Position numbers and translations under genes: made by a program. From the NCBI RefSeq assembly GCF_018350175.1, contig NC_058368.1, forward strand, positions 226,362,001 through 226,426,000: 64,000 nucleotides of DNA, in the 5' to 3' direction. Of the stretch, positions 36,422 through 49,582 are shown piece by piece (positions within the stretch are counted from its first letter, which is position 1; the number at the start of each line of letters is the position of its first letter). The notes beneath the pieces are model-generated. The model did no database searches. It saw nothing but the letters and a program-made list of their open reading frames with translations, and was not told where the DNA came from. The DNA is from Felis catus (lineage: Eukaryota).

Positions 36422-38591
36422 TGTGTCAGCTTCTGGACCATTCTGCTTTATAGTCAGGTACGTTTGCAGTCTAAACTCCACTTCTTTTTGGTAACCAGGA
36501 GCTTCTGCGTCAGTTTCCTTAAAATAAGCAGTTCTTGACAATAAATAATTGCAAAGTCAAACTCAGTTCACACTTTCTGGAGAACATCTTCATTGTGTGG
36601 TGCAATAATGGTCCTCCAGAGGCAAACTAATTTATTAACAAGGGATGCGGAACCCTGTCGATAGGAGATAGGTCATACGTATTTTGTGAATTGATGAATG
36701 AGAGGTTCAGAGGACATTCTCAACCTACGTTCATGTGGCTTCATAAACTCTCATGTCCAAGAGCAGGGGTTTTGAATATTTCATATCTCTGTGAATTCGC
36801 TTCTCTGGAGATCAACTAAACTTTCTCGATAACTGCATAGTGCAACTACCCTATCTCCAAATTCAGAAAGGTCGGCTGGCTCATCTCTGATCATGCAGCT
36901 CTTAGCACCAAAGCCAAGTCAAACCCCCAGCTTACAGCGTCCTATTCCCCCCGAAACAGCCGTTAGTGGATTCACATTGTACCCGCCACCGTGTACCTTT
37001 ACAGCGCCTTCTTCTTTAGTAACGCACAGACATTTTGCCAAGTACCCCAGTTGTCCTATTTCTTCCATGCTTGTGTTCTGATTACGGAAAGAGGAGAAAG
37101 CCCATGCAGAGGCTCGAATGGGAGACTTTTTGATCAGTCCCTCTGCCGTCTCGACTGACCTGATAATATAACCTTCAAAGAAAAGTTAGACCGATGCGAA
37201 TAGTAACGGAGATATTAATTTCCTTCACGTTGCTTGTTAATTGATGTGAAGGGTTCATTTAATCATATTTAAATTCCGCAGAGATTAAAGAGATGCAATT
37301 AGCAGACTACGAACAATCCATCTTTGTGGTTGCAGTTCCTTGCTGTTTAGATCTGGGAGGCTGGCAAGGTAAATAACACTGAATAATGGAATAATTTCCA
37401 AATATTACTTGGAGCCATCTCTCAGTGAGTAGCAAAAGACAGATCCCATAACAGGGGAAATTAACAAGCAAAACAGAGAAAATTAGTACTAACATAGATT
37501 TCGAATTTGCTATTATTTCTGCATCACTGAACGCATCCGAGGGGCTGATTTTTCCCTTTAAAACAATGTGTAATTCTTTCTAAACTCCTGCCGGTCTAAT
37601 CACCTGGCTTCTAAAGACATTGCTGTTTTTAAATATTTCTGCAAAAGAGAAGCATTGCCCTGATTAGTTAACTCTCTGAAAAAATATCACTCTTCCACGC
37701 TTGTCCCTCTTCATCTTTAAAGGTTTGTCCTCCTTCATGTCTTTTCACATGGCTTCCTGCGTGACTTTCTAGCCTTGCCAGACTCAGCCTTGGTCCTCAG
37801 AAGGTCCTGGGTTTCAGCCCTATGTGAGCATAGCTTGATTCCACAGATGCAGACCAGATCACGTGCCCATGGGCTCCCCAAAGTACCTGACCATGAGGAC
37901 AACGTGGGCATAAAAGGACCATGCAAATGTTTCAATCGTCCTGGCCGACAACTCATGGAATACCCTGCTTTCAAAGTCAGCCACATCTTTTTGAATGAAG
38001 ATCAGCCCAAAAAGTCCAGGAAGTTGGCTTTCTTAAGGATGACGGGGGGCTGAAGTCACCATACAATGACGATAATGGAAGCTGTTTGTGAAGATGTCCT
38101 ATTTCTGTTAATAAAATCCCTACACATATAGATATAGAATCACATGAGAAACTCAACTCCAATGCCCACTGCCAGCCCCTTTCCTGCCAAATCTCTCTCC
38201 AGATTCCCTGGTAACTCAGCAGCTGCCTAGGCCAGTTTCAGCTCAGAATTTAATCCCCATCCCAGAGAGCCCGGAACTTGATCTTCCAACTATTTAGAAC
38301 TCATTCTCAGATCACAATCTAGTCTCCACATCTCCAAGGCCTTGAAGAATTCTCCAGTGTTTAGACCTACTCATTTCTTGCAAAAAAACCTTAAACCCTT
38401 TCTTCTGGTGGTCTTTTGATGGCACTGCACTGCCTTCTGTCCAAATCACAGCACAAGCCAGGCAGCCAACTAGGAGCGTGAGCGAGATAAGAGAAGCTGG
38501 AGGGAAGGCCAGGCTCTTTATCCCTATGTTACATGTTAGAGGAGGTGCAAGCTACTTCCCTTTTAATATATCCTCTTAAACCAGTGGTATT

Positions 38592-38629
38592 CCCTCCTCC
38601 TCTTCCTCCGCCTCCTCCTCCTCCTCCCA
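38592..38629 (+). repeat. (CCT)n imperfect trinucleotide repeat
   Basis: Seen directly. Confidence 0.8.
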
Positions 38630-38789
38630 CTTCCAGATGCCCTAGGTATTCTCAATACCTCTTGGCTGACCTACACTTGGGTTACACTTATTTCAAGGAG
38701 TGAAGGCAGAACCCCCAAACCCCGCCAGAAGCCAGAAAACATCAATATTTTAAAAAGTTTCCCAGGTGATTCTGACATGAAACCAACAC

Positions 38790-39000
38790 ACGGCTCCCGA
38801 GAACGCCTGCTTCCTGGGACTCACACCCTTATGTGACTGCCTCCCCTTAAGCACGTGCTGGGCCTAGTGACCACCTCCTAAGAAACAGAGAATAGAGGAA
38901 GTGATGGGATGTCACTTCCAAGATTCAGTTATGAAAGCGTGTGACTTCCATTTTGTCACACTCTCATGCCTTCTAGGCTTGATCACTTTGATTAGATGCT
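38790..39000 (+). mobile_element. MLT1 (E/F-like) LTR, 5' part
   Basis: cacacccttatgtgactgcctcccctt...gaagtgatgggatgtcacttccaagatt. Confidence 0.75.
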
Positions 39001-39009
39001 GCTTCTGGG

Positions 39010-39473
39010 GCTACATCTCTTCTGTCTCCTCTTCCACTTAAATTTTTTTTAATGTTAATTTATTTATGAGAGAGACAGAGAGAGAGACAGAGAAAGAGAG
39101 AGAGAGAGATCAAGCATGAGCAGGGGAGGGGTAGAGAGAGAGGGAGACACAGAATCCAAAGCAGGCTCCAGGCTCAGAGCTGTCAGCACAGAGCCCGATG
39201 AGGGGCTCAAACCCACAAGCGGTGAGATCATGACCTGAGCAGAAGTCGGACGCTCAACGGACCGAGTCACCCAATGCCCCTCTCCTCTTCTGCTTTTAAG
39301 GACCCCTGTGATTAGACTGGGCTTACGTGATCATCCAGCTTAACCTCCCTACATTAAGTTCCACAAACTTAAGTCCATCTGCAAAGTCCCCTTCTATCAT
39401 GTAATGTAATGCATTTATAGGTTCAAGGGATTGGCCTGTGGACATTGTGGGGACAATTACTCTTCCTGCCACA
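39010..39473 (-). mobile_element. MLT1 (C/D-like) LTR, 5' part, split by a SINE
   Basis: ttttaaggacccctgtgattagactggg...catctgcaaagtcccc...cctgccaca. Confidence 0.8.
39041..39280 (-). mobile_element. CanSINE inserted in MLT1
   Basis: TSD tctcctcttc..ctt. Confidence 0.96.
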
Positions 39474-39639
39474 GAGGGGCCCTTTGGGGAAACATCAGAA
39501 TTACTGAAGATGCTCAGATGCTCTACTGCAGTTGAATGACAAGTAAACCAATCACTGCTATGACCGGTCTATGGGATCAGTCTACCTGCTAGACGTTATC
39601 TATGGGACCAGCCATCCTCTTCCTTACACTGGAGAACTG

Positions 39640-39900
39640 TAAAGAAAAACTTTCTGTAGGAGGTGTGCTTGAGTTAAGTCTTGCAGGATATACAGGAGAA
39701 GGGCAGAATTGATAAGCACACTCTTCCGGAGAGAGGAAGCCCTGAGGAGAGTCAGTTCATCAACAGCACAGAGCTAGATGCCAATAACTCACACTACCTG
39801 CTTTGGGGGAAAGAAGGGAGTGAGTGATCACAGGTCTGAGACAGGGGCTTTAAGTGCACAGTCAGCGTAAGAACTTTATCCTGAAAGGTAGAGATTAGAA
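39640..39900 (-). mobile_element. L2 fragment
   Basis: ctttctgtaggaggtgtgcttgagttaagtcttgcaggat...actttatcctgaa. Confidence 0.5.
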
Positions 39901-41479
39901 TTTACAAGCTGTTCCCATTGAGAAAAATTTAAATACCATGATTTATACATAAAGTAGAAACTCTGTGCTTCTGTATGCTTTAATGCAACCCAAATATGTG
40001 TTCCTGCCATAATGCATGCTTCCGGTTTCTAACTAAAACCTAAGGTTAGGTATGGACACAAATTGGCTCATTTTACCCCATTTCACGTAAGCGATGGGCA
40101 TTAGGTACAGATAAAATTAAACTTGTAAATACAGGAACGATTTCTCACAGAAGTAGCAACTGGAAATTTCTGATCACATGTGGCTATGGACATGTGTGCA
40201 TATGTACACACTAGTGTACCTCTAAATGTATATTTATAATCTGTAAATGTTTTGCTGGTTTTCTCTGATTGGCACATTATATAATAGACATTGATGTTAG
40301 TGGTTTAATTCTACATATGGTTAGGGAAACATCTGTCTCAGTACCATCCGTGACCTCCACTCACCTAATGATTACTGTTTTGTGGTTCCTATGTTGTGTC
40401 TACAGCATCAAGTGTAGAATTGCAACCGTTCTCTGAATGTTCGACAGCAAAATCTACATCTGTCTCATTTGTGGACCATTTCTGGGAAAAGGTGACCTTT
40501 TCTCTGGTAATGAATGTGGTCATGTAGATTTTGTCTTAGAGAAAAGACATGCTCACAATTGTTTGTTTGTGAGAACTGGTTGGCCACTGTGGGCCTTCTG
40601 GGTTAAGGGGTCCCATTGTTGGTGTCTTTGAAGATAATAAGAACGGGTAGGAGATCTATTCTGCTGGGAAAATTAGAGAATTACATGTGGTGATGTCAGG
40701 AAGGGAGTAGTCGCTTCATGTGGGCACTTCCCCTGCAGCTGGTAGTTAGGGGATTATTTTTTCTGACCCTTGAGGCACTTTTAATTTTCTCAACATGGAA
40801 AGGTCAGTATTTCATCTCAGCAACAATTATGGTGAAAACAGCTCTAAGTAAAAGTGGATTGAAAGTAATTGTCCTCCCCAGCGGTACTATTGTACATTGT
40901 TTTCAAAAGGCTATTTTAAAGAGAAAGAGGAGGCGGGGGAGAGGGAGGGGGGAGGAAGTGGGGAGAACGAGACACAGACACAGAGACCCAGAGAGAGACC
41001 CGGAGATGGAGGACAGAGGGAGCACAAGGCTGAGTGAGTGAGCATGTGATGGGCTTGGGTGGATGTTTCAAGGTGGGTCAAGACCTGCCATCAATTCTGA
41101 GCACCCTCCAACAGACTTGGGAAGGGCTGATCTGGGTCCAGCTTCACGCGATGCCGGAGGCAAGCTGTATGTAGAATCTTCATTGATTCTGGTTCCCTCT
41201 GACAAATCTAATCCCAGTTTGAATCTTCCTCCCTTTGGTTTGCAGAGTCTGTACTCTGATGAATGCCCTCTTCCAATATCCAGGAACCTCCCATTTTGCT
41301 TCTAAGCTATTTCTCCTGCTGGGGGACCAAGGTCTCTTCAAGCCTGTAGCACAGAGCTGTGACTCCTATGTGCCCTCTTTGGAGCCTTTCCTGTGGGACC
41401 CACCCATCCCCACTTTGTGGGATAAGGATAGAGCTGGCAGTCCGGGGGGGTGGGGTGGGGTGGGGTGGTGATTGCTCCT

Positions 41480-41838
41480 CCCATGAAAGCTAGACAAGTC
41501 ATGCCTGCTTACTCACTGGAGACTTTCTGGGAGGATGGAATGGACGCTTGGAGCCAGAGATGTTTTCTCTCCTTATGAGGTTTTGAGTTATTAGGAACAC
41601 TTACATTTAAAATGGTTATCCTTCCCATCGTGTGAAGAGAATTCACGGGCAGCGAATGAAAGCAACATTGCAGAAATCAGATCCAGAGTCAGTTCTCTGA
41701 AGCCATCCACAGAATCCCTAAATTTAGCCAGTCTAAAGCAAAACAACACCAGAACTTTTTAGTCGCACTAGCCAATAGATTCCTGTTTAGCTTAAGGCTA
41801 GTTTCAGGTGGATTTCTATTTCTTGTACCGGAAATGTT
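41480..41838 (+). mobile_element. Old ERVL/MaLR LTR fragment
   Basis: agccaatagattcctgtttagcttaaggctagtttcaggtggatttctatttcttgtacc 3' signature. Confidence 0.5.
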
Positions 41839-43109
41839 TTCTTCAATATCTTTTTAAGTCTGATGTTCAAGGTCAAGGCCGAATCTACTGACTGGGTTCC
41901 ACTGAAACCTAGACCACGCATCTGGGCTACATTCCCACGGTAACGGAAATCCGCACTATTTTTCAGGCTTCTCTCCTGAAGTTTCTCTACTTGCTCGGCA
42001 GCCCTTGTGTTAAATTATTTCTGCCAAGGTCTGCTCCTCCCCGCTGGGAAACCTGAGGGCTAATCCTATATTTTCATCCATTCGCACCTCCGAATCCTCA
42101 ATACCCACCCATAAGTCTGGTCAATAGAAGAACAGAGACGGAGCACCCACCTCATTCTAGCCTTGGAAGGTCAATGACAGCAACACAGAAACAGTGGTGG
42201 ACAGCAAGGAGAATACTGTCGTGACAGTGAGGTCACATCCACTACTCTCTGAGATTCCCACGTAAATATTTTTAAAATCTACTCCATGTGGATGAAATTA
42301 GCCTGGTACTCCTTAAATTTCTTCCTCGATTCATGTGAACAGAACCCTACACTCTCTGGGAAAAGAAAAGGCATCAACACTTTTTCTTCTTAAATGAAAA
42401 TGGGTGCTTCAAGAGAAAATGATGACTGGAAGGGACATGCTCCTTGCGGAAAAGATTAATACTGGAGATCCTTAATTATTGGGGATTTTCTCAGTCCTCT
42501 TGTGGTTTCTCTTTCTGGCTTTCCACTCTTGAGTTTTTAGTACTGGCTGGCATCGAAAGCCGATGAAATGAGATCTGATTTCGAGTGGACAGTCTGCCAC
42601 CTGGTAGGACATGTGGGAAACTTTAGTAGAGCAGGTCACTGGCTAACCTTCTTGCTGTATGGAACATGCTGGGATTACAGTCCACCGAGGTATCTCTGTG
42701 ATGAGCGTACATACACCCACACAGAAGATCATGCTGTCAATATGCGCTGACGTGCACATACAGGAAAAGGCCTGCGTCCCCCGGGGGCTTTCTTAGGTGG
42801 GGATGAGCAGCCATGTGCCCCTCACATTTTGGATGTGGCAAAGAGCAGAGAACGCTGGGGCGGATCCCCCGCCACCAGGTTAAAAAGCACGTGGCTTCCC
42901 ACCAGCTGGACTCAGAGGGAGCCACGTTTCTTTTCTGCTACAGGTCAGCAAGCCCCACCTTCGGCTCCAGCTCCGAGTAGATGACCTTCGCATTGCTCAT
43001 TCCTGTCCCATCTCGCTGTCTTAGAGGCACATTCCCGGTCAGCAGGCCAGGCTGGCCCATTTCAGCATTCTCCTCCACGGAAGGCACTTCGAGTACAGAA
43101 AAAAGCAAC

Positions 43110-43275
43110 ATCGGGCTTCCCTCCTGGCTCTCCACTCGCTAGTGGTGAGACCCAGGCACGTTATATTCTTAATTCGTAAACTGGGGACAATCATGATTCC
43201 CTCACAGGTTCTTGAAAGGACTCAGTGCAGTAATATACATAAAATGCGTGGGTTTTATAGATGTTCTATAGACAG
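43110..43275 (+). mobile_element. MIR
   Basis: cctggctctccactcgctag...ttcttaattcgtaaactggggacaatcatgattccctcacaggtt. Confidence 0.7.
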
Positions 43276-43354
43276 GATCTCTTCATTCTCTTCCTTCCAT
43301 TCCCAAGGGGAGTTGGTGATAACTCTATCCCTAAGTTTAGTTTTCCATCATCTA

Positions 43355-43425
43355 TTATGCTAGTAACTATGCCTGGCCCATAGTAGATGCTTCATAGATA
43401 TCATTTAATCAATAATTAAATGAAT
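43355..43425 (+). mobile_element. L2 3' tail
   Basis: tgcctggcccatagtagatgcttcatagatat...aatgaat. Confidence 0.6.
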
Positions 43426-44009
43426 CCAGCTGATCACCTATCATCACATTGTGTTTGCAGAAGGTAAATGCAACCTGGCTCCTTACACAAAGACACTTGG
43501 AATATATATGACAGGCTGAGCATGTGCCACAGTCTCCAGAAAGGGGACCCCCACAATGTGCTGCACTGCAGAGGACCAACTCCTGCAAAGGGCAGCCGAC
43601 TTTCTATGGCCGACAATCCAGCTGGTGAGAACACCAGCATGGCTGCTGGCAAGGTTAACAGAACCATGGCACCAGCTTTCTCTTCTGTTCATAGCTCTGC
43701 TGCTGTCTTCCAGAAGAGCCTGTGTCTCTACCTCTACTTGGTCTTACAACCAGAGGTTGGAAGGTCTGGGGAATGAGGCCGACTCTCACCTTCCCATTGA
43801 GTCTGTACAGATGTGCTTTGTCTGGGTGTCCAAAGAACTATCACGAAGCTGTGCTCCCCACACACCCCGTACACAGTGCGTCTCACCTTCCAACCTACAT
43901 ATGACTGAACAAAAAATGGCTTTGGCTCATGAGGAGAACACAAGGATTTGCTTTCTGCCTCCTAGTTTGAGCAACTATGTTTGCTCTTTTAAAAGACAAT
44001 AGAAATAAA

Positions 44010-44222
44010 GCGGCGCCCGGGCAGCGCAGTCGGTTAAGGGTCCGACTCTTGGTTTCAGCTCAGGTCATGATGTCATATTCTGTGAGTCTGAGCTCTGTGT
44101 TGGCCGCCATGCTGGCAGTGCAGAGCCTGTTTGGGATTCTCTCCCTCCCTCGCTGTCTGCCCCTCCCTCGCTTACGCTCTCTGTCTCTCTCAAAATGAAT
44201 ACATAAACTTAAAAAAAAAAAT
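44010..44222 (+). mobile_element. CanSINE, diverged
   Basis: Perfect 17-bp TSD aaaagacaatagaaata. Confidence 0.95.
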
Positions 44223-45609
44223 AAAAGACAATAGAAATATGGACAAAACAAATGTCTGCCCGGTAATATTCTTGCATATGTGGCGTGTGAGGCAGCCAAA
44301 CTTAAGAATTTGTGCCTGTGTCTGATCTATCAGAAGGCTGTGACAGCAATGACATTTCCTCTTCCAGTGCTTAGCTAAGTATTGCTTCTACAGTCATCAC
44401 ACCCAGGCCCAAGAAACCGGGTGTTATCTTGGCAAGGCTAGTTAGGCCACAGAAATAGGCCGTGTTAAAGAATACCCAGGGAGCAGAATCACATCACTCT
44501 GGAATCAACGATATGGTCTGTGGAGTAGAATTCATTACCATATAGCAAATACTACCTTGAACCACATTCCAGTGAGCTCTATTACTGGAAGAAACTTGGT
44601 CAAAATATGTAGTGCAGAGATCATGGCAATGAAAATCAACAGATAAGGACCATGGTCCCACTGTGACAGCTCACTGGCTATTGGCCTTGCCAAGACACTC
44701 ACCCTTGTTGGCTCTAACTTCTCTACCTACATAAACAGGGGACTGGACTGGACGCTCTCTATGACTCCTGTCAGTGCCAGCATCCCATGAGTCATTTGGG
44801 CCCAGAGACCCGTGCTTTTCCAAGAGGAATCCACTGGTAAGAACTGCACTACCCCTAAGCATTTAAGTGGTTAAAGAACGCTTGAGTTTGTTGGGAGGGA
44901 CTATGGAAATGGGAAACTAATAGCCAGGTTGAGAAAAACTGATGTGCTAATGAGCAAATGTGAGAAGACAATGGGGGTAGGAATAAATAATTTTCAAAGA
45001 CGGGCTCCAAGGACCTAAGTTTGAATAAGGGCAGAGGGAACCCAGCATCCAAAAGAGTGAAATATTGTCACTAAAATTGGGAGTTTTCAATATCACGTGC
45101 AAGGCACAATCAGAATTCTCCACTGGTAACCTGGCCACCCTGGACGTCTCTGAAGACTGGTAACAAGAAGAAAATGAAGGAAGTGGGATGGCCAGAGGGC
45201 ATTTCTCGATATTTGGAAACTAAAAATGAAAAGTTACGGAAATAACACCTAAAATAAAATGTCCGGGCTGATTTTGGCCCGAGTTTGCTACTCTCAATAA
45301 ATTTTGGCAACTCTAGGCTGTCAGACAGAAGAATATGTCTGTGTAAACAGGAGAGCATAAGGAATGAAATTTCATGACTAATAAATTGGTTGAAAATAGG
45401 AATTTATGTGCGCTGGTGTATTTTCTCCATGTGCCCCTAGTTGAGCTCCGATTTTCTAGAAGTATTGCCTTTTGTTTAATATTTCTGCATATAAACCTTC
45501 AATGGCTCCACAATCCCTCTAGGTTACAGTCTCCTCCTATTCATAACCGTCTATAATTGGATGTTGATCTACATATTCTGATTTTATCTCTTACTACCTG
45601 AGAAGGGAT

Positions 45610-45725
45610 GAGTTTCAGTGATAAAGCGTATCAACTTATGAGTCAGCCCTGGGTTTTGATTCTAGCTCTGACATTCACAAACTGTGGTCCTTTAGAGCCT
45701 CAGGTTCCTTATCTGTAAAATGGAA
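45610..45725 (+). mobile_element. MIR fragment
   Basis: gagtcagccctgggttttgattctagctctg...gagcctcaggttccttatctgtaaaatgg. Confidence 0.8.
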
Positions 45726-45909
45726 CAGGGTTTCTCGGCATTGGCGCTATTGACATTTTGGGCACAATAAACTAAGTAGCATCCTGGACTCTGCCTGGGA
45801 TGCCAACAGCATACCAAATGCATACGTGTATTTGGGACAACCCAAAATGTTTACAGACATCACCCAAAGTACCCTGTGGGACAAAATTATCCCAGGCTGA
45901 GGATTTCTG
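45726..45909. mobile_element. MER20-like hAT-Charlie MITE
   Basis: cagggtttctc..cattggcgctattgacattttggg...gacaacccaaaatgtttacagacat...ggctgaggatttctg. Confidence 0.8.
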
Positions 45910-46242
45910 CGTTGGGGTATTTATGCTTGTCTCGTGTGTCACCAGGAACATGGGATACAAGAAGAAGAAAAAGCTCCTGGTACCGTCTGGGCCTAGTAGT
46001 TGCCTACGCACCTTCTCTCTTGATTCCAGAATTAGCGAAAACACTGGGGACCTTCAAAGACTCCATCTACCTCCTCCTGTGTCCCTGCAGCATCTACTCA
46101 ACATGGGGACCTAAATAATTGGCTTCTCTGATCTCTGTTCAATGCCTGATGGTGGTGACTGGCTTTGAAAACCTCATTTTAAGTGACATAGATAAGGAAG
46201 AGGAGGGACAGGATCCAAGGTATGTTTTAGAAATCCCAGGAT

Positions 46243-46447
46243 AGGGCTTCCGGGGGGCTCAGTCGGTTAGGCGTCCAACTTTGGCCCAGGTCATGATCCC
46301 ACGGTTCTTGAGTTTGAGCCCCACATCGGGCTCGCTGTTGTCAGCGCAGAGCCGGCGTGGATCCCCCGTCCCCCTCTTTCTCTGCCCCTCCCCCCAATCT
46401 CTCTCTCAAAAATAAATCAACATTAAAAAAATTTAAAACAATAAACA
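46243..46447 (+). mobile_element. CanSINE, diverged
   Basis: Head/B box/A tail; TSD aaatcccag. Confidence 0.94.
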
Positions 46448-47219
46448 AAATCCCAGTATATTAAAACAGGTATTATATATTTATTAAGCCATGCGAGTAG
46501 AAGTTTTTCCAGACCAAATTGTGTACTAGTCACATTACAGTTCATGGCCATAGAACAATATTTTATTGCATTAAATTTCTGGTGATCCATGGTATACCCT
46601 TAAGCACAGTAAGGATGAGCATATAAAATAATACCCTAGGTCATTTAAAAGTGAAAAAAAATGGTAAAATCTGAAAAAACATTTCTATTTTAGCTTTGGC
46701 CAAAGAGGCAGAGACAAACAACTTAAATCAGGCTAAAGAATCAAAATAATTTGGTGGTTTTAAAAAGAAAGAAAAGAAAAGATAACCGCCCTCCCCCCAT
46801 GAACACTTGGTCAATGTGGCTTGCTTCCTTATGAATTCACAGCTGGGCAAAGTAGTAGAAATGTGTACATCAGATCATTCCCAACAGAGCATCTCTTTGC
46901 AAATGAAATTAATGGACACATAAGGGTACGATTGCCTGTCCTGTATAAACATGGTACTTAACAATAAATGCCCTTAGACAAATTTTTCCAATCCCTCAGA
47001 GCCAACTACCATAAAAGGGCTTCAGCTACAAAACCACTGGCTTTCTCCTGCAAACCCTTCTTTCTTCCACTGAATACCAAAAGAATACTTTTACTGACCA
47101 AAACATTGACTGAATGGTTTAGTGTAGAATAATCCTTTATCTTTGCTATCGATGATGATGTGTTATTTGTGGTATTTTTCATATGATGAATTGTTTGAGT
47201 GTTTGACACATCTTAAACT

Positions 47220-47246
47220 ACACACACACACACACACACACGCACG

Positions 47247-47282
<36 letters not shown>
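47220..47282 (+). repeat. (CA)n microsatellite with (CACG)n interruption
   Basis: Seen directly. Confidence 0.95.
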
Positions 47283-47284
<2 letters not shown>

Positions 47285-47856
47285 TATATACCTTGGTTGG
47301 TTTTTTTTTTTTCATTCTCTAATAGCTATAAGGCTGAAATTTGCTATGGTTCTCTTAGAGTGTTACAGAATTTTAATGTGAAAAACTAAATGGAATAATA
47401 CTAGAATATCAAGCCATGAACTTGGAAAAAAATCCAAACTGCCATATTGATGAATGCTACATTTTCTTGAGTCTGTGTGCCAGCTTGTAACAACTGTTTA
47501 ACTTGTCTGTTTTTATTTCCTCAATTTATGGCTGTTGGTCCTTGAAACAGAAACATTTCAAACATATGCATCAAATAATTATACACATATATATCAGAAA
47601 CTGTACGCTATATACTGGAAATCACCCTCTGCTCTCCATCTTTACATGTATCTGTTGGGAGTTAGAAAGATTCAGAACTTTACTGGAGGAAAAAGGAAAT
47701 CTTTTTTTAATGTATAATTAAAGTAAACTCAGATATGTCTCCTGATCCCAGTCCAATTGTGCTGGTTTCCCACTGTGCCCAGGACCACAAGAAAACATTT
47801 ATTACTTTTACCAACTCCCTCGTTAATAGACTCTGAATAATCCCCCATTTCTAGAA

Positions 47857-48070
47857 CAGTGGTTTTCAACCTATGTTCCCAGGAGTTCTAGGGTTCCACA
47901 GACCTATGTCAGGGGCTGCCTGGGGAGCCAGGTGGAGGCCACGGAGTTGAGTCTGGGGGCTCTTCTACGCTCACTCCCAATTAGCACAGCTTCAATTCAA
48001 TCTAAAACAAATGGAACCAAAAGATTTCAAAGAGGATCCACCACCGAACCCAAAGTTACCACGAGTTTCC
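47857..48070. mobile_element. hAT-Charlie-family MITE fragment
   Basis: Terminal cagtggttttcaacc, then ctagggttccacaga...caggggctgcc. Confidence 0.5.
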
Positions 48071-48998
48071 GATGATTTGTGGAATGACAGCTTGGACAAG
48101 GGAATCGGAATTCTTAAAATCTTTCGTACCCTGGGCTCATGTTCAGCCAGGTTTTAGGAGAGGAGGGGAGAGGAGGAAAAGGGGGAAGAAGGGAGGGGCA
48201 GAGGAGAGAGTTTCCAAGAACAGGATTTGCAAGAAGGAAGCAGGACACGCACTTCCTGTGCCACCAGGTTCTGTGGCAAATGGTAAGTAAAGCCTGACAG
48301 ACATGCCAGGGCACCATGAGTGTTGGAGGAAAAAGTTCTGCGGTGGCAGAGCGGTGGAGGGGACCACTGAGATTCCCCTGATGTTCCTGGAGAGAAAATG
48401 GGTCCCCGAAGTGTCTTGGGTCTCATTATGGAGATGAAGAGGGCAGCTGGAGGTGGGTTCAGAAGGATATGCATTTTGCTTAATGTAAGGGTCAGGCATG
48501 ATGCCCCCTACCAAAGCAGGCAGATAATGTCTATTTGCGTCCTCAGGGGCCCATCAACCTGAAGAGAGCTTTGAGGGTATGAGATCCCTGTGCCTCCACA
48601 AGTTGCTACACCTAGAAAACAAACAACAAGCTGTGCAACGTACTTGAGTGGAGAATCTTAACTCATTGAGATGCATACTTGGAAAACATTCTCCCCATAA
48701 AGTACTAATTGCGCCCTTTTTACTGAATCATAAGGAACACCCTAATTGATACCTCCTTTTTTCAGCCATTTTCAGCTGGGAGGATTTTTCCAGTCCAGTT
48801 TATACCCCAGTCTCTTATTCAGTTTGCAGCTTTCTTCACTTGCTGGATTTATGGCTCAAGTGGTTTTTGGAGAGCAGAGCTTGTGTGTGGTCTCTGCTCT
48901 TACTCCCAAGAAACCCCAGCTATAGTTCACTGGTCAGAGCTGACCAACACATTCTTCTCTGCTTGCCCGAAACTCCATACTCATCTTTCCCAAGCATT

Positions 48999-49039
48999 CA
49001 CACACACACACACACATACACACACACACACACACACAC
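48999..49039 (+). repeat. (CA)n microsatellite
   Basis: Seen directly. Confidence 0.95.
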
Positions 49040-49101
49040 TTGGGGTTCTTTTTAACTCAAAATCCTTGATCCTGCTCTTCCTCTACATTTGATGGTACAT
49101 T

Positions 49102-49321
49102 GGGGCACCTGGGTGGCGCAGTCGGTTAAGCGTCCGACTTCAGCCAGGTCACGATCTCGCGGTCCGTGAGTTCGAGCCCCGCGTCGGGCTCTGGGCTGAT
49201 GGCTCAGAGCCTGGAGCCTGTTTCCGATTCTGTGTCTCCCTCTCTCTCTGCCCCTCCCCCGTTCATGCTCTGTCTCTCTCTGTCCCAAAAATAAATAAAC
49301 GTTGAAAAAAATTAAAAAAAA
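49102..49321 (+). mobile_element. Very young Felis-type SINEC_Fc
   Basis: Perfect 17-bp TSD tacatttgatggtacat (49084-49100 / 49322-49338). Confidence 0.98.
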
Positions 49322-49361
49322 TACATTTGATGGTACATATAGACGCTAATACTTAGGACTT

Positions 49362-49582
49362 CTTAAAAAAATTTTTTTAACGTTTATTTATTATTGAGAG
49401 ACAGAGAGACACAGAGCATGAGCAGGGGAAGGGCCAAGAGATGGAGAGACACAGAATCTGAAGCAGGCTCCAGGCTCTGAGCTGTCAGCAAAGAGCCTCA
49501 GCGTGGGCTCGAACTCACAAACCATGAGATCATGACCTGAGCTGACGTCAGACACTTAACCCACTGAGCCACCCAGGCGCCC
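49362..49582 (-). mobile_element. CanSINE, inverted relative to its neighbour
   Basis: Reverse-complement full-length element; no clear TSD. Confidence 0.96.
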
